Assembly (NCBI GenBank): GCA_963705255.1
Contig: OY970061.1
Location: 2,112,001-2,176,000, forward strand
Length of the DNA: 64,000 nucleotides
Reading direction: 5' to 3'
Source: an uncultured Methanoregulaceae archaeon
GTDB taxonomy: Archaea; Halobacteriota; Methanomicrobia; Methanomicrobiales; Methanospirillaceae
The position numbers were made by a program, and so were the translations under genes. A model generated the notes under the pieces. The model made no database searches. It saw only the letters and a program-made list of their open reading frames with translations, and was not told the origin of the DNA. Of this stretch, positions 60,657 to 64,000 are shown piece after piece (position 1 is the stretch's first letter; every line of letters starts with the position of its first letter).

Positions 60657-62068
60657 TCAGAACTCCCCGTCCTGCTCGAAACTCCGCCCGTACCGGATCG
60701 CCAGCTCAGCCTTGTAGAGCTCACGGCCGAGGTAGCCGGCATGATCCAGCAGGGAGACGTCCCCCTGAGACAGGAGGGTGTACAGAACATCCTGCCAGCA
60801 CTTTCCCTGCACGGCCTTTCCATGGATCACTGCCACGATCCGGTTGCCTTCGATGCCAATCCGGAAGTTCCCTTTCGGATCGTACCCGATCTCCTCCGGC
60901 ATCTTCTTTGCGGGGATGATCGTGTCGTAGTCCAGCGGGGGCTCGCACCGTCGCCGTTTCTCCTTCAGGACGAGGAGGTCGATGCCGAGGTCTTTGGGGT
61001 ACGGGCGGTCACGGGCAAGGGCCATCATCTCCGTCGCTCTCCGCATCTCGTGGATGGATCCCCGGGTCTTGTCCGAATGCTCGCTGGTGAAGACCACTGC
61101 TGCACCCAGCTCCATTGCCATCGCTGCTAGGAGGGCGTTGAGACCGATCGAGTCAGCATCCAGGAGCTCTGATACGTTTCCTGCCCCGAAAAAGAGGGGA
61201 CAGCCGATCTTTTTGAAATTTTTCAGAGATTTGACAATGCCTGACCCTGCCGGCTGCAGGAGGGGATCGGCAATGATGCACGAGATCCCCATCTGTTTTG
61301 CCATCGCAATGTTCTTCGCGAGAGTGCTTGAACCGGTACAATAACCGCAGCTGCACCTGCCTCAGCCACCTCTTTCCCGACTTTGGGTATGTTGCGTTCC
61401 TGCAGGCTGAGCACAATATCTGCCCGCCCGAGCGCCGCGCGGATCAGGGCAGGGTCCTGCGTGTCCACGGCAAGCGGAAGATCGATCTCTTCGAGGAGAG
61501 AAAAGGTATTCCTTACATCTTCCGGCGTTGCATCGAACCCGAACCCGAGATCAACAATGTCTGCACCCGATGCGAAGTACATCTCTGTCATCTCGCGGAC
61601 ACTCTCGCACCGGTGCGCATCCATCATCTCAGCGAGCACCTTCATCCTCGATTCTCCGCCAATCTTCACGCCGCGGATAATGCAGTCAGCTCCGGAGTCC
61701 CTCTCCAGTTCCCCGACCCGGCGCATCGCCTCTTCTGCTTTTTTTGTTGCGAGGAAATCATCGGCCGGAACCGTGCGTGAAAGAGTGACCGAACCGAGGA
61801 CCGGTAGGATCAACGCGAGGTCAGCAGCATGCCGGGGCCCGAGATATACCGGGACTCCACTCTCGTGTTCTACCTGTTCAAATGATGCCGTGCACATGCC
61901 GGAGACGATGGCAAGATCGTACGCGCCTTTCTTCAGGAGTTCCCGGAGGCGGTGCGGCGTCAGGAACGAAGCGATCTCTCCTGTGACCACCACATCAGCG
62001 TCATACCCGGCTGCAGCCTTTCTTACCATCTGTTCGGTGGGAGCACCGGTCGGGAGGAGAATGCGCAT
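60657..62068 (-). CDS. Dihydropteroate synthase-like protein with DUF4346 C-terminus, frameshift near 61330
   Basis: GPRHAADL, GADIVDLG, GAGNVSELLDADS.G, DPKGNFRI, HAGYLGREL.KAE. Confidence 0.85.
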
Positions 62069-62109
62069 AAGTTCCCTTAATACCAGAGAGATAAAAACAC
62101 TATGATCAG

Positions 62110-62786
62110 ATGCTGATCTGCGACCTGCATGTGCACACCAACTATTCCAAGGACGGCGAAAGCAGCATCGAGGACATCCTCAAAAGGGCTGAAGAGGCAG
62201 GACTTGATGTAATCGCAATCACGGATCACGATTCGGTGGACGGGGCCAAGAAAGCTCTCACAATCCCCTCGGCAGTCCTGGTCATTCCCGGGATAGAAGT
62301 CTCGACAAGACAGGGCCATCTCCTGGTCCTCGGCGTCACTGAGGTCATCCCGTCCATGCTCGATGTGGTGGAAACCATCACTATCGCCCGGCGCATGGGT
62401 GCCCTCCTCATCCTCCCCCACCCCTACCATGTCTGGCGGCACGGGGTCGCCCGGCGCAAGAAATCAGGAATGACGGCAGTCGACGCCGTCGAGGCATTCA
62501 ACAGCAGGTATATTGTCGGTTCGGCAAACAAGAAGCTGCCCGTATTGCCAAGAGGCTCGGCAAGCCCTGTGTCGGGGGCAGCGACGCACACCATGCAAAG
62601 TTTGTCGGTTTTGGCAGGACTTTTGTCGATGCGGACAGAAATGTTCCCGCGATTCTCGATGCGATCCGGGCCGGTAAAGTATCCTGCAGTGGCAGGAAGA
62701 CACCGCTGCGCACCTATACGCGCCAGTCCATCAAAAACACATGGAGAAAGATAAAGAGGATAACACGTCGGGTTCCCCTCCGGTAA
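62110..62786 (+). CDS. PHP-domain phosphoesterase, frameshift near 62535
   Basis: DLHVHT..S.DG, AITDHD, PGIEVS, PHPY; GGSDAH in a second frame. Confidence 0.88.
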
Positions 62787-63591
62787 GACTTGCGTTCCGG
62801 GTCTCGTATCTCGGAAGCGGGTTTTATGGTTCACAGATGCAGGTGGACCGGCGCACTGTGGAAGGGGAGTTTGTCGCAGCCTGTGTGCGGCTCAGCCTCT
62901 TTGACGACTGGAGGAAAGCTGGATTTCTCTTCGCGGGAAGGACTGACCGGGGTGTCCACGCCTGCGGTCAGGTTGCAGCCTTTTCGACCACGGAACCGGA
63001 ACGGGCGGTTCACGCCATCAACACCCAGCTTCCCCCGGATTGCTGGTGTTCCGGTTATTCGGAAGTATCTCCTGCTTTTCACCCGCGGTACGACGCGAAG
63101 TTCCGAACATACCGTTACTATTTCGAGGAAGGAAGGTATGATGTTGAGGCGATGGACCGTGCTGCCGGCCGGTTTCTGGGAAACCACAACTTCACCACTT
63201 TTGCGAGGGTAGAAGATAAAAACCCCTATCGGACGATCCTGGCAGCCGCGATCTTTGACCAGGAAGATTATGTCTTTCTTGAGGTGACCGCAGCGAGTTT
63301 CCTTTGGCACCAGGTGCGCTGCATGGCAACAGCGCTTATCAGGGTCGGACTGGGGAAGCTTCCGACAGTTCCATGACTGAACTCCTGTCGGCCCCAGCCG
63401 GAAAGCCCCTCCAGCCTGCATCTGCCGAAGGCCTGATCCTCTGGGAGACGGGTTGCGGCCTCACCTGGCACCCCCTCGGTGCGGGCAGACGCAGCATGAT
63501 TTTTCTGGATAACCTCAGGCGGCACCATGCACGGATGGAAAATGTGTGCAGGGTGATGACACTCCTTCCCGGCCATCATGATGAATGCTGA
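62741..63591 (+). CDS. truA: tRNA pseudouridine(38-40) synthase, frameshift near 63355
   Basis: AGRTDRGVHA, FHPRYDA..R.YRY, FLWHQVR, PASAEGLIL in a second frame. Confidence 0.92.
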
Positions 63592-63658
63592 CCCGGCACC
63601 GGATGAAATACGCAAGCCTTTTTACAGGAGTTTTCAATAAACATACGTAGGTGCGCCA

Positions 63659-63937
63659 ATGGCAGTCATCAAGAGTATTGATATTATATCCTGGGCGAAA
63701 ATCCACGCCCTGTTTGGTATCGTGTTCGGATTCATCTATGGCGTCCTGTTCGCAGTAATAGGAGCAGCAATCGGGTTTCACCGGGCCATGCCCGGCGTGA
63801 CCGCATTCGGACTGATGTCCATCATCATCTTCCCGATCATCTTTGGTATCATGGCGTTCATCTGTGGGGCGATCATGGCCTTCCTGTATAATTTCTTTGC
63901 GAGCAAGATCGGCGGCGTCCAGATCGAGCTTGTCTGA
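63659..63937 (+). CDS. Small membrane protein (DUF3566-like)
   Basis: Two TM segments, LYN..A..IGG..IEL. Confidence 0.7.
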   Translation: MAVIKSIDIISWAKIHALFGIVFGFIYGVLFAVIGAAIGFHRAMPGVTAFGLMSIIIFPIIFGIMAFICGAIMAFLYNFFASKIGGVQIELV

Positions 63938-64000
63938 AAAAAATCCCCTTTTCTTTTACGCCCCTTCATTCAATATGGCGGGCACAGCCGCTTGCGACCG

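Noticed and set aside
123-63591. Frameshifts in many conserved genes (DUF35, trm5-like, DUF1015, hisG, thermosome, porB, DHPS-like, PHP, truA) as programmed recoding or genome decay
   Set aside because: They are isolated single-base indels in otherwise intact housekeeping genes, with no shared slippery motif. Uncorrected sequencing error is the simpler explanation.

Overview
Archaeal genomic window, most consistent with a Methanomicrobiales methanogen (Methanoregula-like). The GC-rich backbone carries thiolase/DUF35/hmgA, hisG, a pilin-like cluster with a VWA/Ig adhesin, PPK2, PAS histidine kinases, tiaS, thermosome, a 2-oxoacid:ferredoxin oxidoreductase operon, KhtTU, ribL, JAMM, parvulin and truA. 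Many conserved genes carry single-base frameshifts, which suggests uncorrected long-read errors. The main signal is an AT-rich island at ~32.75-43.58 kb, just upstream of the thermosome TATA box. It resolves into a head-to-tail array of three cargo-carrying IS6-like elements (two complete, one truncated). The complete elements have a central SWIM-finger/Zn-ribbon/DDE transposase and GG(T)TCTGATAA-type ends built from three 19-bp-period units; each element is followed by the identical 8-mer ATTTTAGC, implying repeated insertion at one site. Their cargo includes a long-variable-arm tRNA with a UAU anticodon and G discriminator, a Panacea/RelE toxin-antitoxin pair, a SocA-like plus proteasome-beta-like pair, and a ParB operon. 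A second AT-rich block (~50.5-54.1 kb) looks like a casposon remnant next to a tRNA 3' fragment and encodes a hidden HMGA-like AT-hook protein. All family assignments come from motif recognition by eye, not from database searches.
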